This document shows, one piece after another, positions 62,464-64,000 of a stretch of DNA of 64,000 bases (positions are counted from its first letter, which is position 1; each line of letters starts with the position of its first letter). Both the position numbers and the translations under genes were made by a program. Under the pieces are notes generated by a model. The model saw nothing but the letters and a program-made list of their open reading frames with translations, did no database searches and was not told the DNA's origin. Source of the DNA: an uncultured archaeon (GTDB taxonomy: Archaea; Asgardarchaeota; Lokiarchaeia; Sigyniarchaeales; SOKP01); the NCBI GenBank assembly GCA_964486045.1, contig CAZALK010000013.1, positions 46,841 through 110,840 on the forward strand. The letters are read 5' to 3'.

Positions 62464-63362
62464 TATTTTTCCCTCCTATAAGTCGTGTATAAATATGGTA
62501 TAACTACTACCATTATTAACAAGAATAGTATAGTGGCGATAGCGGACCCATAGGAAAAATGTTTCTTGCGAAAAACTTCCTTGTACATTGTTAGGGGTAA
62601 AATCTCTGTGGCGTATCCAGGACCTCCATTAGTTAAAATAAATATTAAATCAAATGCTTTAAGAGCAAATACAATGAGTAAAACAAATCCGGTAAAAATA
62701 GGAGCTTTTAATTGAGGGATTATAATACGATAATACATCTGAAATCCTGACGCACCATCCACTGCTGCAGCCATAGTGTGAGATTCGGGGATGGACCTTA
62801 TCCCGGCTAGAAAAATTAACATCATATACCCTGAATATTGCCAAATGAGGACCACACAAACCCAAAACATAGCCCAATCTGGATCTTGGATCCAGATATT
62901 TCTAAAAAATCCAAGCCCTATTGACTCCAACAGGGTGTTTAAAACTCCTCTGCTAACATTATACATCCACTTCCATAAAAATCCGGTAACCACGAAAGAA
63001 AGTGTAAAAGGTAGCAGGTAAATAAGTTTAAAAACATTTTCCTTCCTTACTTTTTGATCGAGCAGTATAGCTAAAAAAAGACCCATAATAAGGCTACCGG
63101 GCACAAAAATTAATATTAATACTACATTATTCCATAGGGAGGTTAAAAATATCTCGTTAGTAAATAAATCTTTATATTGGCCAAACCCTTTAAAATCATA
63201 GCTTGGCTTCAAGCCATCCCAATCAGAAAGAGATACAACCACATTCCAGATAATGGCTATATAGACAAAAATTACTACAAGCACTATAGGTATTATAAGA
63301 AATAATATTGTAGATATCTTGTCCCTCGTTATGATCTTTTTGATAGACTTCATTTTTTTCAA
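62463..63362 (-). CDS. Carbohydrate ABC transporter permease (MalF-like)
   Basis: AGIRSIP...AAAVDGAS; FDLIFILTNGGPG. Confidence 0.92.
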   Translation of the reverse strand: MKKMKSIKKIITRDKISTILFLIIPIVLVVIFVYIAIIWNVVVSLSDWDGLKPSYDFKGFGQYKDLFTNEIFLTSLWNNVVLILIFVPGSLIMGLFLAILLDQKVRKENVFKLIYLLPFTLSFVVTGFLWKWMYNVSRGVLNTLLESIGLGFFRNIWIQDPDWAMFWVCVVLIWQYSGYMMLIFLAGIRSIPESHTMAAAVDGASGFQMYYRIIIPQLKAPIFTGFVLLIVFALKAFDLIFILTNGGPGYATEILPLTMYKEVFRKKHFSYGSAIATILFLLIMVVVIPYLYTTYRREK

Positions 63363-63566
63363 TGCTTCTAATTTTTTGGCATATTTTTTTTATACGATTG
63401 GCTAATTAAAAAACTACCTTTTTTTTATCCATTTGGAAGCCTAAATGGGAGATATATCTACAAACTGAGCAGATCTCGGTAGCCCAAATGAACTTTATTG
63501 ATATTTAAAGATACTAAAAAAAAAAAAAATTTAAATTTTATTAATTTTTTTAACTGAGGTTTACAT

Positions 63567-64000
63567 TCACATTAGCGCCCAAACTGTAGTATAATCAGCT
63601 GCGTTATCGGATGCAAGGTTAGCTATTGCAGTTGCAGTTGCAGATTTAGTTGCAGGATCAGTACAGAATCCATTTATTACAGAATTTAATTCTGATGAGA
63701 AAGATTGAGGTGCGCCACTTCCATGAACTACGCTTGGGAACATATATGTTACAGAAGTGAAGTCAGCACCAGTCCAAGCATGATACGGTCCATATAAAGC
63801 AAGGTTGGAATCATTACGCGCAGATATCGAACCTTTTAAGGGATTAAAGGCGTCTTGACCTGCTTTAGAAGCAACAACCTCTAACCATCTATCTGAATTT
63901 CTTGGATGAGCAACACTTGCTGGATGTTGAAACGCATCAACAACAAGACCATACATGTCATTGGTTCCAGGCACTGCAATTGTTCCATAATCGACGTCAT
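63567..64000 (-). CDS. Sugar ABC transporter substrate-binding protein, C-terminal part (extends beyond the window)
   Basis: GQDAFNPLKGSISAR, PSVVHG; first gene of the ABC operon. Confidence 0.8.
   Translation of the reverse strand, partial: DVDYGTIAVPGTNDMYGLVVDAFQHPASVAHPRNSDRWLEVVASKAGQDAFNPLKGSISARNDSNLALYGPYHAWTGADFTSVTYMFPSVVHGSGAPQSFSSELNSVINGFCTDPATKSATATAIANLASDNAADYTTVWALM

Noticed and set aside
1583-63021. Many short ORFs antisense to or overlapping core genes (e.g. 1583-1798, 7501-7785, 12327-12749, 16523-17173, 26911-27291, 38106-39580, 40269-41862)
   Set aside because: Shadow ORFs of well-supported genes, with no motifs
63429-63448. Hairpin CCATTTGG-AAGC-CTAAATGG between the substrate-binding protein and permease genes
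   Set aside because: Short and imperfect; could be an mRNA-stabilising element but cannot be distinguished from chance
1-64000. tRNA, rRNA, CRISPR array, intact transposase/integrase, or selenoprotein (in-frame TGA) genes
   Set aside because: None recognised by eye; tRNAscan-SE/Infernal would be needed to exclude small RNAs formally

Overview
AT-rich archaeal chromosome segment, most likely from an Asgard archaeon of the Lokiarchaeia type. This rests on three Arf/Rab-like small GTPases, a Loki-CTERM-type sorting motif and an EF-2 lacking the HRG diphthamide motif. The window is mostly information-processing core genes: rpoA2-rpl30e-nusA, rps12-rps7, rpl44e-rps27e, tfs, PCNA, PAN, priL-priS-GINS, nop10/aIF2alpha, EF-1alpha, csl4/rpoL, RFC, truA, aglB, uvrBA, aIF5B, CCA enzyme, EF-2 and taw1, ending in a sugar ABC transporter. 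Main findings: (1) EF-2 really starts at 45088, and its G1 P-loop (AH|IDHGKTT) is interrupted by a 30-nt stop-containing insert (45178-45207) that folds into a bulge-helix-bulge, i.e. a candidate tRNA-endonuclease-spliced mRNA intron in an essential gene. (2) The 3' ends of rps7 and EF-2 are each duplicated 1.2-1.6 kb downstream as a perfect 50- or 42-bp core followed by synonymously recoded codons, flanking small integrase-free cargo. (3) A wHTH + ATP-cone + catalytically dead class III RNR fusion. Also seen: an ATA start for tfs, a probable ~11-kb inversion, an S/T/K repeat tail on probable RpoA', and a frameshifted larC fused tail-to-tail with a truncated nucleoside phosphorylase. All calls come from motif recognition by eye; no searches were run.
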